Shown: positions 30,323 through 40,840, counted from the first letter of the stretch. The stretch is DNA of 64,000 nucleotides from Longimicrobiales bacterium (GCA_965219445.1 CBDCNQ010000005.1:1638420-1702419); one strand, 5' to 3'. Numbers and translations: made by a program. Notes: generated by a model from the letters alone, not told the origin.

Positions 30323-30850
30323 TTAGTCTGAAGGTCGAACGATCACTAAAGCTCCGTCCCTATCGACATACGTTCTCAGAGCCGTAACTCGATCTGTCGC
30401 CAGGCCTTTCGTTCCCCAGCTTAGCTTCGTCAAGATTACCTCGACGACGAGTCTCTCGAGCTGGGTCAAGCCCTCGGCGACGGATGAGGTAACGCTTTCG
30501 TATTCTTCTAGCCCGGCGTTACTCTCTGCGTGGCTGGCACGCCCCCGAAGCACGTAGAGTTGTCGAAGTTCCTTCGCGTCAAACCTGTGTTCAAAGATCG
30601 GCTCGTACTGCGACAGCGACTTCAATAGCGCCTTGCCTTTCTGGCCAAAGGCTGATTCAAGGACTCGCCAGAGTTCTCGAAAACGGCCAATGGGTGAGCT
30701 CAGTCGCATGGCATCCGTATAGAGGGCGAGTCCGATTTCACGTTCAAGCAACTTCTCGAGAGGTTGGGATTGAGTCTGCGAGATGGGATCGCAGCACTGC
30801 CCTTGAGCACGTGCATCAGGTCCATCAAGGCCACGCGCCGGGTTCCACAT
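30323..30850 (-). pseudogene. HEPN-like (MauJ/ApeA-type) C-terminal domain; 5' part lost next to IS110
   Basis: FRELWRVLE and an R-x4-H motif, RGRASH. Confidence 0.55.
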
Positions 30851-30924
30851 GAAGGAGATCGCGGGCTAGAAGGTCCATGTGTTCTCCCGTGAATGTGCCT
30901 ACAACTGCGAGCTAATCGTCCCGC

Positions 30925-31830
30925 GAGTATCCATGTCAAGGGAGCGCGTCGGGAGGCAGGTTAGGGAGACGTGCCAAACTGCCGACGTCGGTGAACACGG
31001 GACCCATTCCCTGAGCCGGGCAACGAGCTTACGGACGGGCCCGGGAGGTAGCCATCCCGGATTGGGAATGCGGCGGTCATGCTTCGGCTACGAGCTGTTG
31101 AGCCGTCCAGATCCGGTCCTGCTGGACGAGGGTGTTGGTGGCCGGATCAGGAGCTTCCGGATCACGGCTGTGAGGGCGACCCTGGACGGTTTTCCCCCTG
31201 GCCACGTGGGCTGCGTACTTCCGTTCGAGGTCGGGATTGCACCGGATTGCGGTCAGAGCGGGCATGTAAAGTAGCCGGCGCACCTTGTCCCTGCCCCCCT
31301 GAATGAAGCTGCGTACCTTCCAGGTACCGGACTCCCGGGTCACTGGGGCAAGTCCAGCGAGGCTGGCGGTGCGCGGGCCGGTGAGGGTGCCCAGTTCAGG
31401 CAGGTGGACGATCAGTCCTGCGGCCGTGACGGCGGATATGCCGGGGATCGACGTCAGGATCTCGGACCGGCGATTGAGGGTCTCCTCGGCTCGGAGCAGT
31501 TTCTGGATTTCGGCGTCGATGCGCTTCAGCTGGTGTTCGATCTGCTTTGAGGCGCTGCTTGTTGAGCCGCCTGGCAAAGGGGTTGCGCAAGTGCTTGCCG
31601 CGGTTGGTGATGGCGGTCCGGTCCCCGACCAGCGCATCACGGACGAGCTGGAGCTCGGCCAGATCGCGCTGGGCTGCGGACTTCGATGAGTCGGGCGTAG
31701 CTCGTCGACGGCCGCCGCCATGTTGGCCAGCATCCGGGCGTCCACCGCATCCGTCTTGGCCCGTCGCCCCCGTGACCGGGCGAAGCACCGGACCTGGTGG
31801 ACCGGGCGGGCGAGGCGCCAGCCGATACCA
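30925..31830 (-). mobile_element. IS110-family remnant with frameshifted transposase
   Basis: KTDAVDARMLA, LTSIPGI, LAGLAPVTRESG, IQGGR..VRRLLYMPAL; end resembling CTTGACATGGATACTC. Confidence 0.85.
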
Positions 31831-31832
31831 GC

Positions 31833-33320
31833 TCACTCAGCTGAACCGTCAACTGCGTGCATCGGTGCATGCAGTGAGAGAAGAAACTCGATCTCGACGG
31901 TAGATGATTCGCCGCTCGTGGTCCGGTGGATGACGTTCTCGGGGATGCTTCCCTGCTGCTTCCATAGTTTCCACATCGCTCTGCAGGCCATGGGCATCCG
32001 ATTCGGATCGGCTCCCCCAACGACATTGCGGTGCAAATCCCGCGCGACCACCCGGGATGACGTCCTTCCGGTGCGCGCGTCCTTGTCTAGCATCCGCCGC
32101 AGTTCCCGGTTGAACTCTTCCTTTGTGAATTCCGGAGCCCGAGCGGAACGGACGGGAGGTTCGGGCCAGTCGAGTCCACGCAGGACGTGGTCGGGAACCC
32201 GCCCGTGGGCGTCGAACGCCGCCTCAAGGCGGTCGTTCAACCACCGAAAGCCTTCTTCCGAGAGCTCGACGGCGGGCTGCTGTGTGAATGCACGGCGAGG
32301 ATTGATGTTGCCGTCCCCGCGCGCCGCGTTGCGCTTCGTGGACGCGAACGAGTTGCTCCCGAGGGCGTCCATCAGCTCCCCCAGAGAAACGCCGTTCTCC
32401 ATTGTGCCTGCTATGAACTCGGCATGGTGAATGCGAATGTACCGGGGCCATCGGGACTTCCACGGACGCCTGTGGATGTCAGACTGTGTCGCATCGTCCC
32501 GTCCAGCTTCGTGCTTTAGTGCGATAGCGCGGCCGAAGACACGGATGTCGGGTCCCTTCACGAGCCGCGAGATGAACATCACCGCACCGTCCTTGACCCC
32601 CGTAGGACGCCTGTCGCCTCCCGCAGGATAGGCAAGAGCCCAGTGGCAGCCCGCGCCGTCGATTTCGTGAATCGTAGGACACGACGGAGAAAGACGATTG
32701 CGGCCTTCTCCGAGGAACTTCACGAAGGCCTGCGGCGGATCGATGAAGATGGGTGATGTCCAGCGGCCCAGTGCCGGCGCGATCTCGGCGTCGACACCGA
32801 AGTCTCCGAGGTCCGGCGGCGCACCGGGTCGGGCGCCAGCGGACAGATAGCGGTTGAGTCTGCGGTCCCACTCGTCGAGCTGATGGAATTCGAGATCTTT
32901 GCCCGCAAGTTGCCAGAGCCCATTAAAATAATCGAGACAGCTCGCGACGGCTGCGGGGTCATCGGTAATCACCCCGAACTCAGAGTTCTGACGGAGGCCT
33001 GAGACGGTAAGATTGGCCGAGGTAACGATCGCTCGGCTTGAGCCGAAGAGGTAGAGCTTGGCGTGCAGGTTGCGAATTCCCCGAGCCTTGCCGCGCGCTT
33101 GAAGAACGTGCCGCAATGCGTCGATATCGCTTACGCCATCCGCGAAATCATGGAGATTGAAGCGGGTGACGACCTGAATTAACTCAGGTTGTATCGAGAG
33201 GAGACGGGAGAGAGCGCTGAGTTTGATGAAGGGGCAAACGATGCGAAGTGCACTGCGGTCGGAGCGCAAAGCGTTGACAAGTTCGAACTCCCATTGGCTG
33301 TCGACTAGGCGCAGTGTCAT
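31833..33320 (-). CDS. PLD/HKD-family nuclease with C-terminal accessory domains
   Basis: IVCPFIK, LHAKLYLFG..RAIVTSANLT.SGL..NSEFG. Confidence 0.85.
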   Translation of the reverse strand: MTLRLVDSQWEFELVNALRSDRSALRIVCPFIKLSALSRLLSIQPELIQVVTRFNLHDFADGVSDIDALRHVLQARGKARGIRNLHAKLYLFGSSRAIVTSANLTVSGLRQNSEFGVITDDPAAVASCLDYFNGLWQLAGKDLEFHQLDEWDRRLNRYLSAGARPGAPPDLGDFGVDAEIAPALGRWTSPIFIDPPQAFVKFLGEGRNRLSPSCPTIHEIDGAGCHWALAYPAGGDRRPTGVKDGAVMFISRLVKGPDIRVFGRAIALKHEAGRDDATQSDIHRRPWKSRWPRYIRIHHAEFIAGTMENGVSLGELMDALGSNSFASTKRNAARGDGNINPRRAFTQQPAVELSEEGFRWLNDRLEAAFDAHGRVPDHVLRGLDWPEPPVRSARAPEFTKEEFNRELRRMLDKDARTGRTSSRVVARDLHRNVVGGADPNRMPMACRAMWKLWKQQGSIPENVIHRTTSGESSTVEIEFLLSLHAPMHAVDGSAE

Positions 33321-33469
33321 GATTGAGTCCTTCCCGGTGGGCTCAGCAGGCCCTTGGTTCAGGGATTCGGGAGCCCCGATTCACAATAGGTAAGCGGAAC
33401 AGTCCCTCGATCCTCCGCTGGCTGGTTTCAGCCTATGTTGTCGCGCGGCTCCGAATACTTGGCTGTTCC

Positions 33470-33690
33470 CGAGGCTAGGTACACTCCCCAGTCACCCATG
33501 AGCCGGCGGCGGCGCTCGAACAGGTCCGTACGCCGATAGGCCGCCTCACCCTGTTCTGGACGACGTGCGCCAAGGCTGCCTCGATGACCTCGCGGGGATG
33601 ATCCGTCTCCTCGGCCACCCAGTCCCGGAAGCTCGAGCGAGAACCGTGCGGCACGGCCGCGGTCCCCAGCGCCCTGAACAGGCCGTTGAA
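33470..33690 (-). pseudogene. P4-like integrase C-terminal fragment
   Basis: AVPHGSRSSFRDWVAEETDHPREV; related to 41865-43133. Confidence 0.85.
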
Positions 33691-33729
33691 ATCGAAATCC
33701 TTCAGCTGTAGCCCCCTCAGAGACGGGAA

Positions 33730-33975
33730 CACCCACTCCGGCGTGTCCGCCTACTTCTGCGATCCGCGTAGCCCCTGGCAACGCGGGACTAGCGAAAATA
33801 CCAAAGGCCTGCTCCGTCCATATTTCCGCAAGGAAACCGATCTCTCCGCCCACTCCCAAGAGGACCTCAATGCCGTCGCCCACCAACTCAACGGCCGCCC
33901 TCGGCAAGCCCTCAGCTGGATGAAACCATACGAAGTCCTCGCCAAGGCCGTTGCGTTCACCGCTTGAGACCGCCA
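33730..33975 (+). mobile_element. IS30-family 3' fragment
   Basis: YFCDPRSPWQRGTSENT.GLLR.YF.K.TDLS; end TTGAGACCGCC. Confidence 0.85.
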
Positions 33976-34329
33976 TCTGTATTCGTGGACTTGCCTTCAA
34001 CCGCATTGTGTGATGGTCGACGGATACCATCCGAAGTCGTGGTATTCCATGTCCGCCTTGGGGCCGCCAATTCTATGCGGCTGAACCACCTCATACGAGA
34101 CCGGGGAGGAGATCCAGACCCATCTGACGGGCGTACGTTGGAGGTCTGCAGTCGCAGGCCGCCGCGACACGGTGGGCCGTACGCCGTACTCGGTTTTTCA
34201 GGCCCGCCTCCCGCAATCCAGAACGGCCGCGTAGGGCAATAAGGAGGGCGCCACCACGAAGGCGCAGCCTAGACGCGGCTCCGGCGAGGGCGAATGTCGT
34301 GTCAGTACCATCTCTGTACAGGATGCAGG

Positions 34330-34634
34330 CCGAACATGACCCTGCCGAGCCGTTCGGTCGTCCGGTGCTACAACAAGCGCGGCACGGCGGAGCCATGGAT
34401 CAAGGAAATACTGACGTGCGGCGCGGCTCGCCTGGCGAAGCACGGACATACTTGTGGAGCGGTGTCTGCGGAACACCTTGGACACAGGGACTTCAGTGGG
34501 TCGCAGGGCCGCCCGAGCTGAGCTGGCAGCCTCTGAAGCGGGACGATGCTGTGACGAACAAGAGTTTCGTGCGCTGGGCGGTGTTTGGGTGTATTACAGG
34601 AACCACCCGGGGCAGGCAAATCGGAAATCTCAGG
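34330..34634 (+). mobile_element. IS1380-family remnant
   Basis: VVRCYNKRGTAEPWIKE motif; end GGAAATCTCAGG. Confidence 0.65.
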
Positions 34635-34664
34635 TTAGACCCATACAGCTAAGGACCCAAGGAC

Positions 34665-35246
34665 GTGGCAAAGCGTGTGTTCTTCAGTTTTCACTACCAA
34701 GACGTCGTAGACTTCCGCGCAAACGTCGTTCGGAACCATTGGATGACAAAGCCGAATCGGGAAGAGGCTGGCTATTTCGATGCATCAGTCTGGGAGACCG
34801 CGCGCCGACAGGGTGAGAACGCGTTGAAGAGGTTGATCAATGATGCGCTCGACAACACCTCTAACACTTGCGTGCTGATCGGCTCGCAGACATATGCACG
34901 CCCTTGGGTCCGATACGAGCTTCTCAAGAGTTTTCGTCGCGGGAACCACCTCTTCGGTATCCACATCAACGGTATCAAGGGGAGGGATGAAAACACTAAG
35001 AACCCGGGACCAAACCCGATGCAGCATGTTGGTGTCACGTTCTCGCCAGACGGCCAAACGGGCACACTCTGGGAGAAGAATGGAGCGGAGTGGGCAAGGT
35101 ATGAGCGTATCAATGGTACAGCGGACTACACCTGCAATGTCGGAGAGCCCTATCGTGGAAAGGGTTTCAATCTCAGCAATTGGTATCCAGTGTACGAGTG
35201 GAACGGCGACAATGGTTACGAGAATTTCGCGTCGTGGGTTAAATGA
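34665..35246 (+). CDS. TIR-like domain protein (ThsB-like)
   Basis: KRVFFSFHYQD..DFRANVVRN, TCVLIGSQTYARPWVRYEL, GPNP. Confidence 0.9.
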   Translation: MAKRVFFSFHYQDVVDFRANVVRNHWMTKPNREEAGYFDASVWETARRQGENALKRLINDALDNTSNTCVLIGSQTYARPWVRYELLKSFRRGNHLFGIHINGIKGRDENTKNPGPNPMQHVGVTFSPDGQTGTLWEKNGAEWARYERINGTADYTCNVGEPYRGKGFNLSNWYPVYEWNGDNGYENFASWVK

Positions 35247-35674
35247 TTGCCGACCATAAACAGCCGACGCTCACTGAGGCATCACCCTCCGTTCACGCCC
35301 ATCTCGGGATTCTACAGGATGTGATTCAGCGGATGGCCGGGAACAGCGCGTCGTGCAAGACGTGGTGCATCACGCTCGTGTCGGCGCTCTTGGTCATCGT
35401 CGCGGGACAGGGAAGGGACGAACTCGCCCGCATCGCTATTGTCCCGACCGTTCTCTTCTGGGCACTCGATGCGTACTACCTCGGCATCGAGAAAGCCTTT
35501 CGCGTGTCCTACACAGATTTCTTGCGAAAGCTTCATTCCGGCAATGCAAAAGCTGATTTGTATGCTATCGTGCCTGCCGGCAATCACTCTTCGCATCAGA
35601 TCGATGCTCTCAAGTCTTTCTCGGTTTGGGGACACAAGTTCATCCACTGCGGCACCGCCCCGGATCCTAGCTGA
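35243..35674 (+). CDS. TIR-associated multi-TM protein, C-terminus apparently replaced
   Basis: HLGILQDVIQRMAGNSASCKTW...FWALDAYYLGIEKAFR; homologous to 28884-29291. Confidence 0.75.
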   Translation: MIADHKQPTLTEASPSVHAHLGILQDVIQRMAGNSASCKTWCITLVSALLVIVAGQGRDELARIAIVPTVLFWALDAYYLGIEKAFRVSYTDFLRKLHSGNAKADLYAIVPAGNHSSHQIDALKSFSVWGHKFIHCGTAPDPS

Positions 35675-35789
35675 GTACGAGCCCAAAGCCTTGGCGACAC
35701 ATCCGGGCTCTCCGCCTGAAGAGCGGGCATGGCGGCGCTTTGGCAGAGGCAAGCATCCGGTGGCTTTGAATGCGGTTGTCGTCCATCGT

Positions 35790-35900
35790 CATGCAGCGCC
35801 TTAGCAAGAAGGCCGAGAACGACGCCCGCGATGGCGGCCGGGCTGCAGGAGCGGCCGTGGACGATACTGGCAGTCGCGAGGCGGATGGATCCGGACCGGG
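35790..35900 (+). mobile_element. IS1-like transposase C-terminal remnant
   Basis: TTPAMAAGL..RPWT motif. Confidence 0.45.
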
Positions 35901-36006
35901 AGATCGTGGCGCCCTCTAGCAGATATCCAGCTTGCCCATGTCAGGGGGTTGATATTACTCTCCACATGGAGGCGGGTTTGGTCGAGAGTTCTAGGAATAT
36001 GAGATC

Positions 36007-36225
36007 GTGAAGAGGATCTTTTCTGACAATGAGGGCAATGCCTCGTCCATGCGCCTAATGGCCGTGGGGGCGCTTTTGGTAGCGTCGGTCTTGGCTGTCT
36101 TCCCAATGCTGGGCTGGGGCGAGAACGATGTAGACAATAACCTCATTCTTTACTTTCTACTTGCGGCTTTTGGAGGTAAGGTCGGACAGAAATTCGCAGA
36201 AAAGAATGAACAACCCCCAGGCTAG
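36007..36225 (+). CDS. Small two-TM protein
   Basis: SSMRLM followed by two hydrophobic segments and a charged tail. Confidence 0.55.
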   Translation: MKRIFSDNEGNASSMRLMAVGALLVASVLAVFPMLGWGENDVDNNLILYFLLAAFGGKVGQKFAEKNEQPPG

Positions 36226-36619
36226 CATGTAGGCTATGGCAAAAAGAGTTCTTCCCAGGGCATTTGTTTTTCATTAGGGCCTGTTGTTAGGCTCCTCCGC
36301 ACGCCTTGTATATAGCGTGTTTTTCGACTCCATTCTACCCGCCTATTCGTCACGACCGCCGCAAGCAAGTTCTCTGCCGACCTCGCTATTCGTGTCGTGG
36401 ACCCGACCGGCATCCGGCCCACCGCTTCCCTGCCCGTACTCTGTCTCCCTGCAGCGAGGGGAGGAACAATCAACCCCAAACTTTACGTGTCCACTGAACG
36501 GGGCAGCTTCAGATACGTTTGCTCGCTACCTGTGACGTGCCCCCTAGACTACCTAGAACCGCTTGCCCCCCAGAAACCACCGGGTCTAGTGTCGCCTCTC
36601 TCGACTGGGGCACTCACCT

Positions 36620-36825
36620 GGTGAGCAGGGCTCAGTGATGCCGAGCTCCCGGCTGATCAGCTTCACGGATTTGCCGCGGGCCAGACCGACCTCTGCCTCC
36701 CGCAGTGCAGTGATGATCTGCTCCGGAGTGTGTCGCTTCCTTCCCATCCTGACCTCCTCGCTGAAAAGCTTCAGACCAGCTCGATCCTAACATTGCACCT
36801 GGTCTCGTTTCAGGGGGTCAGGTCA
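36620..36825 (-). mobile_element. IS3-family (IS407-like) left-end fragment
   Basis: End TGACCTGACCCCCTGAAACGAGACCAG; orfA start MGRKRHTPEQIITALREAEV. Confidence 0.8.
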
Positions 36826-36858
36826 CTCCTCGGAATCGAGAGGGCACAAATTGCGGGC

Positions 36859-36892
36859 TTGCAATTCCATCGTTACAACGTTATTGTTGTAA
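36859..36892 (+). promoter_or_regulatory. Putative sigma70 promoter with overlapping palindromic operator
   Basis: TTGCAA-17-TATTGT; TTACAAC-N6-GTTGTAA at 36873-36892; ATG 7 nt after the -10. Confidence 0.55.
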
Positions 36893-36894
36893 GC

Positions 36895-37374
36895 ATGATT
36901 CCTGCCCTTGTTCCATTGCCAGGTTCTCCATGGCCGGTTTTGCCTCCTGGGTTACACCAGGCGAGCCTCGATGACGTTGCGACAACCTTCGCAACCAATG
37001 CCTGGCGGAGGGAGCTCTTCGACGGGCTTGTTGATGCCGCTGGTCGGCTCCGGGGAGCTGGATGCCGGACAGTTTATCTCGATGGGAGCTATGTGTCGGG
37101 AAAGCCGAAGCCTGATGATTTCGATGCGTGCTGGGACCCGTCCGGCGTCGATCCGGGCAGGCTGGATCCCGTGTTTCTGCAATTTGCGAACGGGCGAGAG
37201 GCTCAGAAGGCGGCTTTCCGGGGAGAGTTTTTTCCCTCGTCGATGATGTCCGTGGATGTCGGGCAGGTGTTTGTCGATTTCTTTCAACAGGATCGTTTCA
37301 CAGGAAAACCAAAAGGGATCATCTCCATTCCGCTTTCGGCCAATCTGCTTCTTTCGAGGAAGGTGCAGCCATGA
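36895..37374 (+). CDS. DUF6932-like minimal nucleotidyltransferase-fold protein
   Basis: LPPGLH, YLDGSYVSGKPKPDDFD (GS...DxD), KPKGII. Confidence 0.75.
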   Translation: MIPALVPLPGSPWPVLPPGLHQASLDDVATTFATNAWRRELFDGLVDAAGRLRGAGCRTVYLDGSYVSGKPKPDDFDACWDPSGVDPGRLDPVFLQFANGREAQKAAFRGEFFPSSMMSVDVGQVFVDFFQQDRFTGKPKGIISIPLSANLLLSRKVQP

Positions 37375-38648
37375 TCTACAGCGATAAACAATACGGCGTA
37401 TCAAGTGTACAGCTGACCAAACTGCTGGAAGCGCTTGCCGCTACAAGAGATCAAGCTTCGGATCAGCCCTGGCTCAAGCAGGCGGAGATTGATGCGCTCA
37501 AGAGCCAGATCGCTAATATCGAGGCAGAGATTGCCGAATACGACCTCCTAACATCCGGGCAGGTCTGGTTCTCGAAGATCTACGCACTCGAGGAGCTGCC
37601 ACGCGTGCTTGTGCAGGCGCGGATCGCTTCCCGTATGAGCCAGACGGACCTTGCTGCCAAGCTAAACATGAAGCCGCAGCAGGTGCAGCGCTACGAGGCA
37701 ACCGATTACATGGGCGCGAGCCTCGCGCGGCTAATTGAGGTGTCGGGCGCCCTGGGCGTGAAGGCGTCAGGAACTTTCGTGGGGCCGAAGCAGGCTGGCG
37801 GATCAGTGTTCGCATGGGGAGATGCCGACGATGTCGTCTGGGGCCAGCTTCCCTACAAGGAGATGATCGAGCGCAAGTGGTTTGACGTGCCGCGCGGCGG
37901 GAATCCAATCGAGAAGGTCAAAGAGTACTTCCTGCACGCGGCCGGGCCGCAATTCGCGACGGCCTTTCATCGCAAGAAGGTGCGAAGTGGGAATGTGCCG
38001 AACGAATATGCCCTGCTCGCGTGGCAGGCCCGCATTCTGGAGCGGGCACGGGACAAGATCGAGGAAAGCAGTCTCGGTACATTCACGTTGGACGATCAAT
38101 GGCTGCCGGAGCTAGCGCGCCTGACAAAGCGAACGAACGGGCCGAAGCGTGCCCGCGATCTGCTTGCCGAGAATGGGATTGTGCTGGTTGTCGTTCGGCA
38201 CCTGCCGGGATCTTACCTCGATGGCGCTGCCATGCTTGCCGATGGTGAAACACCGGTCATCGGCCTAACGCTGAGGTATGACCGACTTGATAATTTCTGG
38301 TTCGTTCTAATGCACGAGCTGGGGCATGTATTCCTGCATTTGTTTGATGGACTGCGCTTTGATTTCTTCGACGAAGAAAGCGCGAGTGATTCAGACACAA
38401 TCGAGGCTGAAGCCGACAAGTTCGCTCTCGATACGCTGATACAGGACCACTTGTGGGATCAGTGCCTGTCCCGTTTTGCGCTCTCCGAAGAGGCAGTCAG
38501 GATCGATGCAGAAACGATCGGGATCGACCCCAGCATTATTGCCGGACGCATCAGGAAGGAGCGCGGAAACTATGCCATCCTGAACGATCTAGTCGGCCAA
38601 AGTCAGGTGCGCTCGCAGCTTCAGGAGGCCGGCAATGATCTTGACTAA
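37371..38648 (+). CDS. XRE-HTH plus ImmA/IrrE Zn-peptidase (HigA-like)
   Basis: ARIASRMSQTDLA..L....QQVQRYE; LDGAA, LTLRYDRLDNFWFVLMHELGH, EAEADKFA. Confidence 0.9.
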   Translation: MIYSDKQYGVSSVQLTKLLEALAATRDQASDQPWLKQAEIDALKSQIANIEAEIAEYDLLTSGQVWFSKIYALEELPRVLVQARIASRMSQTDLAAKLNMKPQQVQRYEATDYMGASLARLIEVSGALGVKASGTFVGPKQAGGSVFAWGDADDVVWGQLPYKEMIERKWFDVPRGGNPIEKVKEYFLHAAGPQFATAFHRKKVRSGNVPNEYALLAWQARILERARDKIEESSLGTFTLDDQWLPELARLTKRTNGPKRARDLLAENGIVLVVVRHLPGSYLDGAAMLADGETPVIGLTLRYDRLDNFWFVLMHELGHVFLHLFDGLRFDFFDEESASDSDTIEAEADKFALDTLIQDHLWDQCLSRFALSEEAVRIDAETIGIDPSIIAGRIRKERGNYAILNDLVGQSQVRSQLQEAGNDLD

Positions 38649-39741
38649 AGATATGTATGTGCCGGCCCTGCGGTGGCGGCAAGGCGAGTATCAGGCACTT
38701 TTCCGGCTTACCGATGCCGCCAAGGCTCGCACTGTCCCTTTCATCACGATTCCCGAAGTCGAATTCGATTTCGAGACACGGCAGCCGAAGAGCTCGGTCC
38801 AGGAGCACGTTCATCCGTTTGCCAAGCGCTTCAAAGCCAAGTGGGGCCAGCGTCCCGCATGGGTCAGCGTTCATCCGGGCATCGCCAATGAGCCCATGGT
38901 TGATGGCCGGGATATATACACCTACGTATTCGAAGCCCTGCGCGCATTCCAGGCGAACGCGACACCAGCGATTCCTCTGCACGCGGCCTCTCCCATTGTT
39001 GCCTCTGCCGCGGCGATCGTTGCTACCGACGGTCACGGCGTAGCGGTTGAAATACGTCTTGAAGATCTGATGAAGTCCGATGCACGCACCCGTATCGACA
39101 GATTAGCGGCATCACTCTCTGTGGCGATCGACGAGGTTGACCTAGTGGTCGATCTCCGTGCGCCGAACTTCGAGCCGTATGACGCTTTCGCAAGCGCGCT
39201 GATTGCCGTCATATCCCGGCTTGGTGACCTCCATACCTTCCGGAATTTCGTGGTGATCGGAACGGCCATTCCCGCGACTTTCAAAGATGTTGCCAAGGGC
39301 GCCGACCAGCTTCCGCGCCATGACTGGCTTTTCTACCGTGTACTTCTCGGCCGATTGCCGGCCGGTATGCGGCAGCCGAATTACGGGGACTTCACTATTG
39401 TCCATCCGGAATTCAAGGCGCTGGATATGCGCATGATAAAAGCGGCGGGCAAGCTCGTGTACACGACGCCTGGAGCTTGGGAAGTGCGCAAGGGCGGGGC
39501 ATTCCGCGACAACAGTGCCCAGATGCATGATCACTGCGCGTCAATCGTGGCGTCGAGAACGTTCAACGGTGCCGGCTACTCAAGCGGAGACGATTACATC
39601 GCCAAATGCGCGGTTCACAAGGTGGGTCCGAGCAATCAGACACGCTGGAAGGATGTGGCAATCAACCACCACATCACGCATGTACTGGGCGAACTCTCCA
39701 CGCTTGCCGCTGCACCATATATGTCCGGATCGAGGCCGTGA
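38635..39741 (+). CDS. Beta-family (phage P4/T4 beta-like) protein
   Basis: YVPALRWRQGEYQAL, NYGDFTIVHP, KLVYTT...W.V.KG, SSGDDYI, W....INHHIT. Confidence 0.8.
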   Translation: MILTKDMYVPALRWRQGEYQALFRLTDAAKARTVPFITIPEVEFDFETRQPKSSVQEHVHPFAKRFKAKWGQRPAWVSVHPGIANEPMVDGRDIYTYVFEALRAFQANATPAIPLHAASPIVASAAAIVATDGHGVAVEIRLEDLMKSDARTRIDRLAASLSVAIDEVDLVVDLRAPNFEPYDAFASALIAVISRLGDLHTFRNFVVIGTAIPATFKDVAKGADQLPRHDWLFYRVLLGRLPAGMRQPNYGDFTIVHPEFKALDMRMIKAAGKLVYTTPGAWEVRKGGAFRDNSAQMHDHCASIVASRTFNGAGYSSGDDYIAKCAVHKVGPSNQTRWKDVAINHHITHVLGELSTLAAAPYMSGSRP

Positions 39742-40270
39742 TCTCGCGAAGTGTCATGGCTTCACAAAGCATTTCGTAAAGGTGCTTTCTGGGCCGTCGG
39801 AGCTCTCTCGGCGCGTATCCGATCTGGCTCAACAGGTCGATGACTTCGACACGCCAGAGAAGATGCGCCATCATAACGGGATCGACGTCGTGGTTGGCTA
39901 CGGCATTCCGCACGATATGGAAGCTGATGCCGCCTCTTGGCCCCTGCTCGGCCGCGATCAGACCACACCACTCGGGGGCACGGGTCATGATCCCCACGAC
40001 ATGTTTCGGCGCGGCAACAATGGTGAGCTTCTGCAGTGTCTGACGGTAGATATCGATCTGCGTGCTCAGTCGGTCCAGCGTGTCCTTGGCACTCTTAATC
40101 TCGTACCCGTGAATGCGTCCGCTGATCACGGCCACATCGATACGACACTTCGCGTGCGCAAGGCCCAGTTCGTCGATCACCAACGTGTCTGGATGGGCCT
40201 TTACGCATCGTAAACGCTTGGAATGAAGTGCAAGACGGATACTAGAGTCAGTGGTTCCAGGCTTGGCCAT
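39674..40270 (-). CDS. sce7726-family protein (PD-(D/E)xK-like)
   Basis: ELGL....RIDVAVI...IHGYEIKSAKDTLDRL..Q, PEWCGL. Confidence 0.8.
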   Translation of the reverse strand: MAKPGTTDSSIRLALHSKRLRCVKAHPDTLVIDELGLAHAKCRIDVAVISGRIHGYEIKSAKDTLDRLSTQIDIYRQTLQKLTIVAAPKHVVGIMTRAPEWCGLIAAEQGPRGGISFHIVRNAVANHDVDPVMMAHLLWRVEVIDLLSQIGYAPRELRRPRKHLYEMLCEAMTLREITASIRTYMVQRQAWRVRPVHA

Positions 40271-40409
40271 GGTAGTTACATTTACCTCCCCCAGATCATT
40301 ATTCTCCAAAATGAAATGTGGCACCAATTGTCAATGTTGCCTTGTCTAGTATTTCCCGTAGACTTCAACGTCGAAAGTTTCTCTTCTGAAGGGTGGAAGT
40401 CACCGGCAG

Positions 40410-40800
40410 ATCATAACCCGTTGCGCCTTGCTCCGACCAAGGCCGTTTGCACTCGGCCTGCCAGGAGAGAATCTGATTGGCGAGGGGCGGTGGGATGGTA
40501 ATTCACCGATGTCGAGCGATGACACCGGATCACTCGGGGAGTCCAGCCACGGCGGCAGCGTGCCTCGGCCGCCAGCTGCCGTCCGGGGGTGGAGCGAGAC
40601 TCTCCAGACCGATAGGCCCAAGGCCCCGAAAAGCAGCCCCGCGGGGGCGGGCGCCGCATAGTTGTACCAGATGCGGATCAGCATGGGACGGCAAAGCATC
40701 GACTTCACCGACCGGCACCTTCTCAAGGAATCGGGGGACGGCACAAAGTGTTGAACGGTACCGGGCTCGATGGGCGGCGAACGGATGGGGTACGACCCCC
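40410..40800 (-). pseudogene. Degenerate virD4-like 5' fragment
   Basis: IRIWYNY..., LGLSVWRV, GTLPPW, IGEL; homologous to 18875-19300. Confidence 0.7.
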
Positions 40801-40840
40801 AGATCCTTGTCTGCTGACCTGGGGTGAGACGCGGAGCAGT

